A stretch of DNA of 63,841 nucleotides, filler included, from Reticulomyxa filosa (Eukaryota > Protista > Foraminifera), in NCBI GenBank assembly GCA_000512085.1. It is 17 parts of 17 records of this genome, joined end to end, with 100 filler letters (N's around TTAATTAATTAA, not from the genome) between each part and the next. Parts side by side here need not be neighbours in the genome. Positions count along the whole stretch, not along the records: positions 1 to 3,829 come from ASPP01025036.1; positions 3,930 to 5,697 come from ASPP01050614.1; positions 5,798 to 7,123 come from ASPP01001021.1; positions 7,224 to 11,106 come from ASPP01026146.1; positions 11,207 to 17,990 come from ASPP01021322.1; 12 more parts are not named here. The stretch is one strand, 5' to 3'. The notes under the pieces were generated by a model, which did no database searches, had not been told where the DNA came from, and saw nothing but the letters and a program-made list of their open reading frames with translations. The position numbers were made by a program, and so were the translations under genes. How positions within the stretch are numbered: position 1 is the stretch's first letter; the number at the start of each line of letters is the position of its first letter. Shown here in pieces: positions 1 through 14,200 of the stretch.

Positions 1-1083
1 CCAACCAGCCAATGGACTTTTCGAACGCATATAGTTTGGTGAATTACACCATGTAGGTTGCTTCGCATTCGTAACAAAACAACGTGTTTGCAAATGTGTA
101 TGCATACAAGTTCGGCAATGAAATTCTCGACAGTTTGGTGACCATCCCGCAGTATACCAGAGACTTTTATCACTTCTTCCAAAGCGTCATCACTCCGTTG
201 TATCCAAACGCACCAATCGACCAAAGTTATTTGCACTAGATGTTAGTTATCAAATTTTGCCATTAGTTTACGTATAATTAAAAATAATAATAATAAAATA
301 GTATCCAAGTGTATTTAAACAATTTTTGAAAGGTCTGGCATCACTTGCCAATACTAGTGACTTGAGTGAAATAATTGATTGTATAACGTACCATCAATAT
401 TTGCAATGTAAGCCGTTTTATAATAACGTGAACGTTTGGAAAGTGTCATGCTTATAACACATTGACAACGCGGCGAAACAGTTCACAGCGATCGCGAAAT
501 ATAATATTCCCAGAACAATCATTGGAGAGTCCGCGGAACATAGCACTGGTGGACAAAATGTCATTACTAATGTATTCTTTCCAGCTTTTACTATTTGTAC
601 GAACTATCTCAAGCTGCTTATTTTGGAGTTCCCAACTTATATCACCAAACTTTAATGGGCGGATATTACGAACTAATTAGCCATTTCACTCCGCAACACT
701 CACCCAATTGCGATTATTGGATACTGTATTTATGTAAACGAATGATTGGTAATGCCGTTCTTCAATCGTCGATGGCCTATGATATCAATGTTCGTGCGCG
801 AGTATTTCGCAGTGCCACCACATTCAATAAAAACTATCAATATGTTGCTGTCATCATCAATTTTTATCTGTGGCAGTCTGTTCAAATTGACATTCAAGTC
901 CAATCCCAATCTTCCTATTTCTTTGATGAATATCACATCACTGGCAAAAATTTAACCCTTTACTACCTTTATGTTAATGACCAATTGCTACAATTTCAAA
1001 ATGGACAGTTTCCAACAATCCTTCCAAAATACAAAAAATGGCAGAAATTAGCGATACAGCAAAAGAGGACAAAATATACGTAA
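1..1083 (+). pseudogene. Glycoside hydrolase family 79 (heparanase/beta-glucuronidase-like) pseudogene, 5'-truncated
   Basis: GH79-like motifs in order: DFSNAYSLVNY, YKFGNE (acid/base GNE), WHH, IIGESAEHSTGG (nucleophile GE), FYYLYELS, YHQTLMGGYYELI, PNCDYW..LCKRMIGNAVL, YHITGKNL. In-frame stops near 54 and 72 and a frameshift near 580. Confidence 0.7.
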
Positions 1084-2959
1084 TAATAAATAAAGGAAAT
1101 GGCAATACTTATTATTCTTTTATCATCTATTGGATATACATTATAACTAGTTGTAAAATATTAAAATAACAATACAAAAACTCTGATCAAATTTTATCAC
1201 AGTTTGTCAACATTTCTGATATTGTGAATTTTTTCCTGTTATCACAATGAACAAAAAAAAGATCCACAGAATAAATCCCTTATCTTTATTTTGTTTTGTT
1301 CAATGCAAACATAAGAAAGCACTTTAATACAATTTTCCTTGTTTAGCACTTGCAAGACGACATTTTCTGGCTACTTGGTGGAACAACAGATCAGGGACAT
1401 ATTGTTGACACGTCAAGATACAAACACGAATCGCAATAACACAGAAACTGATTTATGTACGAAACCTAATTATATAATTTGTTCTGCTCGATTGTTGTCA
1501 ATGAAACAATCTCTGCACTGATTTTTTAAGTTTTTTGATTATTTTGTTTGCTTTTTTTAATAAAACAAAAATTCAATCAAAAACTAATACTCAACAAGTG
1601 TAGAACTCATAAAAAGTCTACCGAATCAACACGTTCTCTTGGTTAATTCGTAAAAAATTTTTGCTACATTATGGTCCCCTCTAATAACAAGAAAAAAACC
1701 ATGTTACCTAAGTTTTTTTATTATAAAAAAAAGTCTCGGTAGGTTTTTTCCACTCCAATAAATAAGACATAACAACAATTGTGGATAAAAAATGTTTCTT
1801 TTTTTATTATTATTGCTGCAACTGTCAATGACGTTTTCTGAAATGATGCAAGCTTAGGAGATTACATACAAAGTTTTTTTTTATTTCTAGTAATGCCCAA
1901 CAACCCGTTTTTTAAAAAATTCCGGGATTACCCTCTGCACATGGCATGTGCCATGTTCATTTGTAGTCATGCACCGATAATGACTTTTTGCCAATTCAAC
2001 AGTGTCAAATGTACTGTAAAATACTTTTCAATTTGACTCTTTTAAAAAAGGATAATTTATGATACTTAGAGACCCACTACACACAGTACGTTGAAAAGTT
2101 TTTCCCATGTCAACATACAGGGACAAGGTACTTTTGGGAAACTCCACAGCAGTGAAAAATGGTAACGACGAGAAGGGCACTTTCCTGCTTAAATGATCAC
2201 AATTCGAACTGAACCTCTCGCTTCCCAAAAATTCAACGAAAAACTGACAGCTCTTTTTTTTTGTCAAGGTGGTAGTTGCCATTTTTTTAAAGTATAAATG
2301 TATTCCACTGAAATATCCACATTACAATCTTAACACAATACAATACACAAAGGAAGACGAAATCTTACTTGTTTTAATGGAATTGTACTGCTTTTTTCCT
2401 CTGGAAGTACACAATTGTAAAATACTATGTTTAAAACATTACAATAACAGTTTCAAGAATGATATCAAATTTTCATTATTCTAACAAAATAATTTTTTTC
2501 AAAAAAAGAAATACGGTTCATGTAAACAAAATGAGCAATAATTATTGCAGTATATGTAAAAAAGTTGTGATAACAAATACAAATGAATCAAAAACAAAAA
2601 TTTAACAAATTTGTCATCCAAAAAAGTACATCTCATTTTACTATATGAATATGACGCCCTTGACCTGGGCAGTAATTGGACGTATTTTCAAGCTGTAAAT
2701 CATATTCTAAAATTATATTTATATGTCTGGTTTACATTATTTTTTTCAAATAATAAAATTTATCTTATTTGTTAATGAACTTCCTTTCGTTGATTGGAGC
2801 AGCAAACAAAAGAAAAAATCGATCTATTTTTCATTTGAAAAGTATTGAAACTTGGCCAAGTTTGTTCAATATTCTGAAGAATCAAAGTTTTTCAATTGTC
2901 AAAGAATTATGAATTTGAGTTAATGTTATCATTATTCAATGATTTCAATTGGTCAATAA

Positions 2960-3600
2960 TTGTTTAAGGTGTAGTATGGCCAAAGGACTGAAGAGACAAA
3001 ATGAAAGTGATCAACACAATAAAGAAAATAATTTCACACAATTGCTATTGTTAGACTATGCCGATACATATGCAAAATAATGTGACAATAGCCATATCAA
3101 CAAATGAAAAGAAAATTGGGGTAACAAATACAAAAAATCAGCATTTTGTATTCCTTCATTTAAAAAAGTAAATCATTTAAGAAATTACCAAGAAGTGTAT
3201 GCAACAATTGATGAAAAAAAAGTATTTGCTATTTCAAAAAATAAAATTAATATGTTTGATTTAAATACAGTCCAATTCATTACAATTGGGTACAATTATT
3301 AAAGTCAGAAAATGAGCAAGATATGAAAACGAAGGGAAGCAAAAGCTATAATTCTGTTAAAAATTGGAAAATCAGTTAAAAATGATAAAAACAGTAATTT
3401 TAATTATTTGCTTGTAATGATTGCACTATGGTATTATGCACACGTGTAAATCAATTGTATCACTAATCGTTTGATTGAAATAATTAAAATAATTTAAATT
3501 ATTCAACATATAACACAAAATAATGCATAACTTATTAAATTATTTAGCGGTTTAATACTATGCATCATTTGAAAAAATATAAAGACTCTGATTTAAAAAA
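2960..3600 (+). pseudogene. Degenerate Kelch-like beta-propeller family remnant
   Basis: Fragment NYQEVYATID..FAISKNKINMFDLNTVQFI resembles the NNISVFDLNTFQFIK-type motif I recall from the expanded foraminiferan Kelch family. Many stops; boundaries approximate. Confidence 0.4.
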
Positions 3601-3829
3601 AAAGCAAGTGAAAATCGAAGAAAAAGTTAAATTAGGAGGCTCCTTCAAGCGCCGACAAAACTAATCTTTTCTTTTTGATTTTATCTTACTTGCTTTTTTT
3701 TGCCAAAGCGCCACTTGGTTGTATTGTATGATGTTTAGTATTGTATTACTGTAATTAATGATGACTCAAGATCTAAGGGTTTATTTTAAAAAAAATGAAT
3801 ATAAATTTAAAAAATTCGACATGACCAAA

Positions 3830-3929
3830 NNNNNNNNNNNNNNNNNNNNNNNNNNNNNNNNNNNNNNNNNNNNTTAATTAATTAANNNNNNNNNNNNNNN
3901 NNNNNNNNNNNNNNNNNNNNNNNNNNNNN
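3830..3929. other. Artificial contig linker (44 N + TTAATTAATTAA + 44 N); first of 16
   Basis: Identical 100-nt cassettes with stops in all six frames at 3830, 5698, 7124, 11107, 17991, 21088, 22193, 23987, 26166, 32644, 34103, 35318, 37003, 42182, 43652 and 48230. Confidence 0.98.
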
Positions 3930-4769
3930 AAAAATTATAATGATTTGAAGAGTTCGTTAAAAAGGGTCTAGTTCCAGATTTTTTATTTTTGAATGTTACA
4001 TCATTTGTTTAAATCCTTGTTTTCAAAGTTTTCAAGGAGAAAATTTTTATTCCAGGATTGTCGAAGAAATTTCATGTATGAAAGTAGTTGAGATAATCAA
4101 AAGAGACTATCATTACATTTTTAATTAAAAAATATTTTCAGTATAAATACGTTCAAAACTAATTGAAAATTTATTTTGTATTTGTCCAACTAAAATAAAA
4201 ATGACAATTAGTTCTACATTTGAAAATCATTGATTGGCCTATTCGATTAAAAAAAAAGACAATGACATTTGACATTATCATTAGTGTAATTCTAAAGATA
4301 CTTTCATTTTGAAATGATCAACTCTTTTTACAGCTGTTTCACATATTAACTACGGGAAGATAACTTCATGGAGCAACACAGAGAACATTATGGGAAAAAA
4401 ATACAAAAGAGGAGAAAATTGGACATTGAAATACATTTGAGGAATTTTTATGTCATTCAAACTCGAAGATAAAAAAATTGCAATATTCTTTTTTCACGAA
4501 TAACATATTCCTCAAAGTTTTTCATTTAAAAATAATTACAACGTTGGGGAGAAACAAAATTGTAGAAATTGATCGCATAAAGTCACACGCTTATACTTTA
4601 TTTCAATCAGATCATTTTACATTATGAATATATCAATCATTATTACCAATACTTTTTTGAATAGTTTAATGTGTTGTTTTTGTAATAATCTTCAAATCAT
4701 TTAATAATTATTATTTTGAAATAAATAATCATTAACAATCTCCATTATAATATTGGATTTGTTCAAAAT

Positions 4770-5170
4770 ATTTAGAATCCAATTCCAACAATGTTCATTC
4801 ATTGTTATTACAGCCTTCTGTTTTATTTGCTGTAACTCCATATAATTGAAAACTTTGATCTACTTTTTCTTTTTCATTTTCATTCATTTCTTCCAACCAT
4901 TAACTCATTTTTTTCTTTGGCAATATTTATATATTTGATTAATGTAATTTTATTCACTTTGATCCATATTCTATTTTTAATCCAAATATTTCGACAAAAT
5001 AAATATATAATATTTGTTTTTAAATTGAATACATCAATATTGTTTCTCATCAATCACTCCACGTAAATCGCCTTGTTCCTCTCCAATTGTTCATTTTTTC
5101 CCATCACAAACCAATGGAAATTATTAATTTGGAAATATGCCATCCCAATCAATTATGTTTAAAATATCAT
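4770..5170 (-). pseudogene. Degenerate Kelch-like family remnant
   Basis: Minus-strand fragment RNNIDVFNLKT among multiple stops; same motif type as 2960-3600. Confidence 0.3.
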
Positions 5171-5171
5171 A

Positions 5172-5697
5172 TCATCCAATAGTTTTTGAGAAGAAGAATG
5201 CATTCTCCCCCTTCCCTCTCTTCCCCTTCTCTTCTCCTTTCTCCTCAATCACAAAGTTTGAAATTTTGTGAACCTTATATTGAAAAGCGGACAAGAAATT
5301 AAAAGAATTGGAATCAACGATACTTAATGCCAATGTAACGGTGCGCGTGGTACCAATATATAAACTCGGCTGGCAAAAGGTCAACGTCTCGTTAAAAAGA
5401 TAAGTTCCACTAGATTGACTCTTGAACACTTGGCCCTTCCAATCAATCTTCCACGACGTTTGCCCATAATTTAAGCCATCTCCAAATGAATCATAAATCG
5501 AAAATGTCAAACAGCTCTCATTTTTGTCGTCAATGCAACCGGTGTTGTTCCATTTACTGGGCGGATAGTCTGCGCTGTTGATGTTTAATGTATTTCCTTT
5601 CAATGTCCAGTTCACATCACTTAAATGACTGAAGGTTGGAATAAATAGCTTTAAACAACCATTTATGCTGGTCGTGGTCATTTTTGTGGTGGATGTC
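5172..5697 (-). CDS. Partial extracellular-type protein with a CxTFSIYDSFGDG motif
   Basis: ORF is open to the contig end. CLTFSIYDSFGDGLNYGQ.SWKI resembles the small 'F.IYDS.GDG' beta-domain of secreted proteins. 3' end uncertain. Confidence 0.45.
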
Positions 5698-6179
5698 NNN
5701 NNNNNNNNNNNNNNNNNNNNNNNNNNNNNNNNNNNNNNNNNTTAATTAATTAANNNNNNNNNNNNNNNNNNNNNNNNNNNNNNNNNNNNNNNNNNNNGCC
5801 ATTTAGGTATGGCAGTTTTTTTTGCAATCTACTGTATAACAGTATTCAATTCGAAAAATAAATCATTTGAGGACAATATAAAAATTTATTAAGCTATGTG
5901 TATTTATTCATAATTTCATAATCTAAAAACAAACAACAAATATTGAGACGAATATTATTGTTTCACTTGTTGAAATTATGTGTTTGAATTAATTTTTTCG
6001 CTTGACAAACACACAAAAAAAAAAGTAATCTCAGCAAACTGTAGAAAAATAACTTATTTGATTGCGAAAACAAACAAATGAAGCGTTAAAAGGAACTTAT
6101 CAATGTTGTATTGAATTAATTTGACAAAAGGTATTGAAAGAGGTTTGTATATTTTCAGTATCACTATAAAGAGCATCAG

Positions 6180-7123
6180 ATTCAAGTTTTCTTGCTTTGA
6201 GAATTTCTTCCACTGCACTTTTGGGAACTCGGCCCTCACGCTTTCAAGACACCCACCCCCATGGTCAGTCCCCAAAGAAAGACCAATCAGGCAACAGCAA
6301 ATGCATAAAAATGAAAAAGATAAAAAAAACAAACAAAACAAAACAAAACTAATAAATCAGCGGAAATGGTATTTTCAAATTTGCACCAATTGGGGTCTTT
6401 GATCCACTTCTTTCCTCTTTCGTTCTGCAGTTTTAGTTGCAACTCCTCATCGTCAGTGTCAACATCGGTTTGGTCAAACCCATAAACTAAATCCCATTGA
6501 TTTTCGTGTTTTGCGGAAACTTGGATGCCATGACATTGATTGCCTTTCTTGATAGCTTTCAGAAAAGCTTGCTTAATAGAGAAGCATGTTTCGATGATTT
6601 TTCCAGACAATTGAGCACCAGTGACGAGACTTTGGTCATAAAAGAACTGAACAAGAGGAAGATTGCTTTTCAAGAGATTTGGCGTTTTGTTAAATAGAAA
6701 ATATATACACATATATATGTATATATGTGCATGATGTATATATATATATAATACATATACATATATGTACACATATAACAAAACTACAGAGAGCGCATTT
6801 GCACTCAAGGATCCCAAATCTACATATTCTTGATCGCGTATACGTGCATCGTCATTCAACGACTCATTGCGATTGTTTGGCGGTTGTATTCGACTTCTTT
6901 TGGATCGCTGTTCGAAAAGATTAGTCAAGGAGTCATCAGAGCTGTCCGAATCCTTTGCTTTTGCTCTTCTCTTTCTCTTCATCCTTGGCTTTTGATTTTT
7001 CTTTGATTTTTTCTTGTTTGACAAAGAGTGATCATAGTTTCTATCATTGCCACTGTTATTATTGTGAGTATCATCATTACCATTGTCATTATCATTATCA
7101 TTATCATTATCATTATCATTATC
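6180..7123 (-). CDS. Hypothetical multi-exon protein, 5'-truncated, with an N-terminal D/N repeat and a basic tract
   Basis: ORF 6287-7024 reads through an (AT/AC)-rich intron around 6670-6790. A (CATTAT)n tract at 7040-7123 encodes DN repeats. No family recognised. Confidence 0.5.
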
Positions 7124-7367
7124 NNNNNNNNNNNNNNNNNNNNNNNNNNNNNNNNNNNNNNNNNNNNTTAATTAATTAANNNNNNNNNNNNNNNNNNNNN
7201 NNNNNNNNNNNNNNNNNNNNNNNAAAAAAAAAAAGAGGAGGAGTTGACTCTAAAAATCTAAGTTGCAGAGGGGAGAGAGAGAGATGGAGTGAGGGGGGGG
7301 GGGAGGAAAAAAAAAAAGCTAATAAAAAGAGAATGAAATTGGATAAAAAAAAAAAAAAAAAAAAGGT

Positions 7368-8963
7368 TTAGTGTAAAGGCATGAAGTAGTCTAAATTGGA
7401 GTCTTGTGCGATGACAAGAGGCAAAGCGACAGTGAGCAACTGCAGCTGCTGAATGACTTGAAGAATGGAGGGCTTTTCGCGGAGCTTGACCGACTTGACG
7501 TATACGTTCGACAATATGTCTCCAAATACCAAACATGCGTTTCGCTCTGCCCACGAATCACCCACTGATATTATGTGATAGTTTTTACGCTTTTCTTGTT
7601 CTTCTATCATTTCTTTCTCTTCCTCTTCTTTTTCTTTTTGTTCCTCTCTACGTATACGTATATATGTACATACATGTATATGTATACGTATATGTATATT
7701 AAAAGATGATTTAATTCGTAAAGATGTAATTTGTAGGGAGATGAACTCTTCATTTCGTTTGACTTGTTGCGATGCGAGTAACGAGAACAAATTAGAGTAA
7801 GTCGACGTCTTGCACATGTAATTATCGCTATTTTCATTTCCAAAACACTCTTGGCCGTTTTCTTTGTCACTTTCCGATGTGTCCTTCCTCATCTCCTTTT
7901 CTACCTCTTCACTTTCTTTTGATATTGACGTGGAATTTGGAGTCCCTTGCACTTTTTCTTGCGCGATACGGCTTTGAGTCTATTATCAATTTGTGCATTT
8001 CATAGATTTTATATTTACATCACAAAGAAAGAAAGAATTTGAGGAGCTCTATATTTTTTGTTGAAAAGAAGTGGCTCCAAACTTTGCATAAATACGTATA
8101 CATATACATATATATATTATATATAAAAAAAAATGCATATGTGTATATAAGAGCTTAACGAATAAAGAATGTAAATGAAAGAAATAAGATTGCATGTGTT
8201 TTTTCATGACAAGTTTGAGAGCGTCCGAGTCAAGATAAGGGAGAGTGGCTTGCCAGCACTTTTGCATGATAAAGTGCATGCAGCGATGTTTCCATTGGAA
8301 GGGCTGCGGATACGTAGCCTCGAACATGGAGCGCGCGGAGATAATGTGCAAGTGTTTCAGCCAAGGGACACACTGAGGTAAAAATTGGAGTGCACTCAAT
8401 TCCACCCACCCTTTTTCCGCGTTTGTTATAATAATCACATTGTCGTATGATAACTCTTGGATTGCCACACTTAAAAATTTGCACACTTGCATTTGCAATT
8501 CACTCATCTCTTTTGGCAAGGGTCGTTCTCCATTCATATTATTATTATTATTATTATTATTATTAGAATTAGCTTTGTTGTCCAATTTGTATCCGTGATG
8601 CTGTAAATAATCACTTGGCAATATGGTGTTGTCCCAATCCAATATTAATATTTTGTGTGCCTTTTGGTGACTGGCTTTCTTCGTTTCCATTATTTGACTC
8701 TTTTGATTTTGGTCCTTTGCTCCTCTCTTTTTTTCGGATTTATTATTGCTGCTATTGCTATTCCCGTTCGCAGTTCCAGCAACGCTTTTACTCTCTCGGC
8801 TTCTCATCCCCTCTCCCGCTTCTCCCAACGTCTCTCTTCCCTTAGCTCTCGTCTCCATTCCTATTTGACTCTTACTTGCTACTCTTGGAACCAATAATGT
8901 CATCCTTTGTTTTTGTTTTGTTTTGTTTTTGTTTTTCCTTTTGTTTTGTTTTTCACTCTCCAT
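7368..8963 (-). CDS. HAD-superfamily hydrolase-like protein (DWDxT family seen in SAR protists), multi-exon
   Basis: ILILDWDNTILPS (motif I), IIITNAEKGWV (II), IISARSMFE..FQWK (III), IISVGDSWAERNA (IV), KSVKLREKPS. AT-repeat introns. Confidence 0.75.
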
Positions 8964-9526
8964 TTTTTTCCTCCGTTGGCTCTCTAGTCAACCGCCGCTA
9001 TTATGGTAATTGAAAGGATGAAGGGGAGAGAGAGAGAGAGATACACCCCCAAACATACAATGACTTGATCAATAAATAGGTCTGATAGATAAATTATCGA
9101 TATTTAATATTAATTTAAAAATGAATTAATAAGATTCCAGAAGACTGTAACTTCAAAAAAAAAACACAATCGATCGTTGCATAGTCTCAATCATAATCAA
9201 GCGTCTAACACATAAAAAAAAATGCTTTTTATTCCTTTTTTTTTTTTTGGCGTTTAGAAAATGTAATTTTGAGGAGCAATGTATAGCTCTGACTCAATTG
9301 GAAAACTATTCAGATCCGGAGCGGTAACAATGACGTTTATAATTTTAGGGGTCTCAAGTATTATGAAGGTAATGACACATTACATCCTACGCACAACTTA
9401 TTAATTTTAAAAATGGAAAATAAATGAAACACTAGAATATAAGCAACACGGAGTAGAAAGAGGAGTGACACTTGCTGTGTCTTTTCCCTTTTTTTTTTTT
9501 GTGTATGAGTAACCTTTTGAAAGGAG

Positions 9527-10420
9527 ATGACGTGTTTACGCAGTATTGTCCTGAGTGTGATTTGCACGGTAGCATGTTTGAATGTGGCAGTACTGTCAGC
9601 GACAATCTGTGCAAGAGACGGGAGTGACTCTTCATATGTAGAGAGCTTGTACACAGACTCAAAAACAGGATTACAATTAAGGAAGATCGAATCAAACGGA
9701 TGTCCAGACCAGTCCAAACACGCCAACCACACAAACTTCCACCATGAGCATGTACGCAAAGTCATGTTTCGCGAACGCATCTCTTTCGGTGCAATGCCGA
9801 CCGGGTTCACTCGGAAGTGCCTTCAACGGCGTCGTTTTTTACGAACAAGCTGCCAACAGTCAGTGCGAAGATGGATGGTCAACGAAGGAGCCAGTTTCGA
9901 CAATTGCTCGGGGCACAGTGACTAACACGGGTAAATTTCAAATTTTGTTTTTTTTTTTTTTAAAAATATTTATATTAATCTATATACATATATGTACGTA
10001 TACATATACGTATACATATAAAGCATTTACCATTACCACGTTCCTCCAGTATGTTTGCAAAAAGAAATTGTAGAGTTCAATGGAGACAGTTGGTCAACCG
10101 ACGACACAAGACATAGTCCTCAGTTTGGTTGGGCTTTGGAAGGATTACCTGTGTATGGTCCTCGAGGCTCATTTTTTTTTTACCAAACAAACAAAAAAAT
10201 GGTTTGTTTGTTTTTGTTTAAATTTATTATTTATAAAAAAGGGATCATTTTTTTTTTTGCTCCTCTTCTTGAATATGTCCATGAATAAAACTTATAACAC
10301 TGCTCTCAAAAAAAAAAAAAAATGATTATTGCTCTTGTTTGATGTGGTTTGTCGAATAGGCAAAACGTGCAATTATATGTTGCCTTGCACGAACAGCAGC
10401 TCGGTTGCAGGTGACTGTGG
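9527..10420 (+). pseudogene. YHYH-domain protein with signal peptide, frame-disrupted
   Basis: Hydrophobic N-terminus, then SNGCPD, LGSAFNGVVFY, FDNCSGHS, YHYHVPPVCL (~10027-10057), HSPQFGWALEGLPVYGPRG. Two compensating frameshifts (~9805, ~9875), an in-frame TAA at 9923-9925 and GT-AG introns. Confidence 0.7.
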
Positions 10421-11206
10421 ACATTTGTGTTACACAATCTTTACCTTTCATCTGCTATATGAGGTCTTGATTGTCCTCTTAAAAAAATCCTCCCCAGAGG
10501 CTCTTCAATCCGTTCTCATTGAACGTAGTCATCTCACATCATTTTTTTTCCTCCACATGTTTCTTTCATTGATCGTGCAATTGCTTAATGTGTCTTGCTT
10601 TTTTTGGAAAGGAAATTGTTTTTTCTGCTTTGTTTACAAGAGAAGATCTTTTTAAAACAAGGCAATTGCTTTTTCTTATTGAATGTTTTATATATGATCA
10701 AAACAAACAATATTTTTCAAGACATGAAAAAGAGTATCATTTCCTTAGATGTCCATACAATAAACCCAATATCATAATTTTTCGCTTTTTGTATGCTGTT
10801 CACATGTTACTCAGAAAACTGATTTACCATTCTAAAAAATAACGAAGCTCGACCGAAAGAAGAAATTTTTTTTTTGTTTAAACTAATAATCAAAAAACAG
10901 AGATAAATAAGACAAAAATTCCAAGATTTGCAAAAATTCTACATTTTCCATAGATCCAACTTTCTCTGTATCTGAATATTGCACTTGCCAACTTTTGCAA
11001 TATTGCATGTTCAAATATGCACAAGAGCGCAACAAGCGATTTCAACTCGAAAGAGGACAGTTGCTGTTGTCAAGGATCTGTCTTCGCCATTGAGCCTTTT
11101 ACTTTGNNNNNNNNNNNNNNNNNNNNNNNNNNNNNNNNNNNNNNNNNNNNTTAATTAATTAANNNNNNNNNNNNNNNNNNNNNNNNNNNNNNNNNNNNNN
11201 NNNNNN

Positions 11207-14200
11207 ACAGACACTGCAAACAAGCCAATACAAAACAATAACAACAAACAAACAAACAAAGTACACATCTGGCACCGGAGACGATGCAAACAATAACACA
11301 GCGGGGACACTGCATAGCCGCAATAGCACTGCAGAAGAGTTGAGTGTGATAATCCGAGGAGATGAAAGTCCTCCTGGCAAAAGCGGCTATGATTCTGGAG
11401 AAGAAAACAATTTGAGCAGTGCAATCAGTATTGGACAAAGTGCGGTCAGCACGAACGGCAACAACAATAACAACGGTAGGATTCGTAATCAAAGCACAAT
11501 AACAAGCGCACATCAATTTCGAAGCAAAGACAGGGAAAAAGACGATTTGACAGACACGGAAAGTGTAGCCAGTGCGGACAGTCGTCCGAGCAGCACCAGT
11601 CGAAGTGTGAGTCGAAATTATGGACATAAAAGTCGGGCACGTATCTCGTTTGGTAAAAACACAGAAGTGGCAACCAATCAAAAACCTGCAAAGCAGCAAG
11701 TGAAACGGACGAGTATGACAAATGGGAACAGTGAAGGTAATAAGAATAAAACGAAAAGCAGTGATTTGCGTCAAGGAACGTCAGAAACAGTGACGACGAC
11801 AACCAATGTAGACAACAGCAATGAAGAGAAGACGAGAACCGAGCCGGAACCAGAAACCGAGCACGAACACGAAGATGATGAGCCAAAACGAGAGGCTGAC
11901 GAAGAGATAGCAAGAGGAGGAAGAGGAGGAGGAGGAGGAGAAGAAGAAGAAGAAGAAGTGACGGAAGAGGAAGAGCAGATATGCGAAATTTGTAATAAGA
12001 AATCAACGAAAAAACATTGGTGTCGACGTTGTGGACGAAAGTTGTGCAGCGCACATAGCAAGACACGTCGTCGTGAGATTGGATATGATCGTAAGAAATC
12101 GCAACGCATTTGCGATAAATGTCGCGACGAACACGAGTATGAAGTGCGGTTGGATCGTAGACCTTTTGGATTCATTGTGGTGCCTGAAAGCGTAGACCGT
12201 AGTTATGTGATCATTGATCGAATTAAAAAGGGAAGTGTCGCCGAAGAGTGCGGATTGAAAACCAACAGTGTGATCATTGAAATCAATTCCAAAAATATTG
12301 AGGCCAAAAATTACGATGAGGTCATGGATCGATTACATACCTGCGATGAATTGCCCTTGGTTCTTCGGTTGAAATTACTCAACGATGTCACACGAAACCC
12401 TTGTCAAAGAGTCCAAGCACTTCAATCGCAACAAAAGAAAAAAGCAAAGACAAGCCCAAGACAGCGAACAAAAAAGATAAACATAACGACAAAGATAAAG
12501 ATAAGGATAAAGACAAAGACAAAGAAAAAAGCAAAGACAAGCAAAGAGACAAAGACGGCAAGCCAAATGTGGCCAACAGAAGTTCCCATTCGTTAGTAAG
12601 AAGTAACTCCTCTCGTAAACTTCTACTCAACAATACCACTAGCAATATTACCAACAATAACAATAACAACAACAACAACAACACGAACAATAACAACAGC
12701 ATAGCCAAACATGAAAAAAGTATGAGCATGGCCACATTGTCACAAATGAAATCGTCCAAAAAAACAAACAGCAATACTAATGTCAACAAACTACCTATCA
12801 AAACGAATGCTAATCCTGTCGTAAATGCCAATACCTCCTTGGCATTGTCAGCTGCGTTATTATTATTGCATTATTACATTATTAATTATTATATTGTTGT
12901 CGTCTTTTTTTTTGTACGAAAATAAATGAAAAATAACAACTCAAAAAAAAAAATATATATATATATTTAATAAAATATAACAGCCTTCACGTACGAATGA
13001 AGTACAAACACCATCGTCTAGTCGATTGGAAAACATGGCGCAGCCTTTGTCATGGTTTGTTCCGGAATTGAAAGAAAATGAAGAAACGCCGGTAACCAAT
13101 GACAATACAAACGAAAGTGACATTCCTGGCTCTTCTTTTTTCAAATTGGCTAGTGAATGTGAGCTCAACAATGACTTCAGTGGTGCATTTGCAAACTACC
13201 AAAAAGGGGTCAAACTTTTGGAAAGTGCATTTGATGAGTTGCCCAGCGACCACCCTTTCAAAGAAAACTATCGCAACAAACTAAGTGATTTTCGTGTCAA
13301 AGTGCTTCGCTTGTCGAAAAAAACAGATTTGCAACACCGACGTGCCGGCCAGAGTGGCGGTTCACATCATCGACGAACCCAATCCACATTTACTTCTTCA
13401 AACTCACAAACGGGCCCACCTTCCAGTGACGACTGGAAAAAGGACGACTATACCAAAGGAGTTGAGCCACCCGATCAAAACAATAATCACGACAACAAAA
13501 AAAATCAAAAAAAGTCGGAAGACAATCCAGATGCTGCTTTTGAAGCGAGATTGGAAGAAGATATTATTGCAGAGTCTCCAAATGTTTCCTTTGCAGATGT
13601 CTTAGGATTAAACAGTGTGAAACTGGCGTTGTATGAAACTGTTATTTTACCTGCGCTAAAGCCTCAACTGTTCACTGGACTAAGAGAACCTGGCATGGGT
13701 TTAGTGCTTCATTTCGTTTAATTATAATTTTATCGATGTTATATTTACATCTCTATGTGCACATACGTATATGCTATTATGACTCCAATAGGTATATTGC
13801 TGTTTGGCCCTCCAGGCAATGGCAAAACTATGATAGCCAAATGTGTAGCGTCGTCTTGCCAATGCACATTTTTCAGCATTAGTGCTTCTTCCATAACAAG
13901 TAAGTTTGTAGGGGAAGCAGAACGCTTAATGCGAACGTTGTTTCGAATGGCACGTGACAAAGCACCCTCAATTATTTTTATTGACGAAATCGATTCCTTG
14001 CTTACTGCTCGTGGTGGAAAGTCAGAGGCAGAGTCGTCACGACGTATAAAGACAGAGTTTCTGGTGCAATTTGATGGTGTCGGCGCATCAACACAAACGA
14101 ACCAAGAGAAGCAAGTGCTAATTATTGGAGCAACCAATTTACCCGAAGAGTTGGATGATGCAGTATTACGAAGATTCAGTAAACGAATATTGGTTCCACA

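Noticed and set aside
9923-9925. In-frame TAA/TAG as stop-codon reassignment
   Set aside because: Conserved genes end normally in TAG (H4, spastin), TAA (LANCL) and TGA (tubulin). Internal stops occur only in loci that also have frameshifts.
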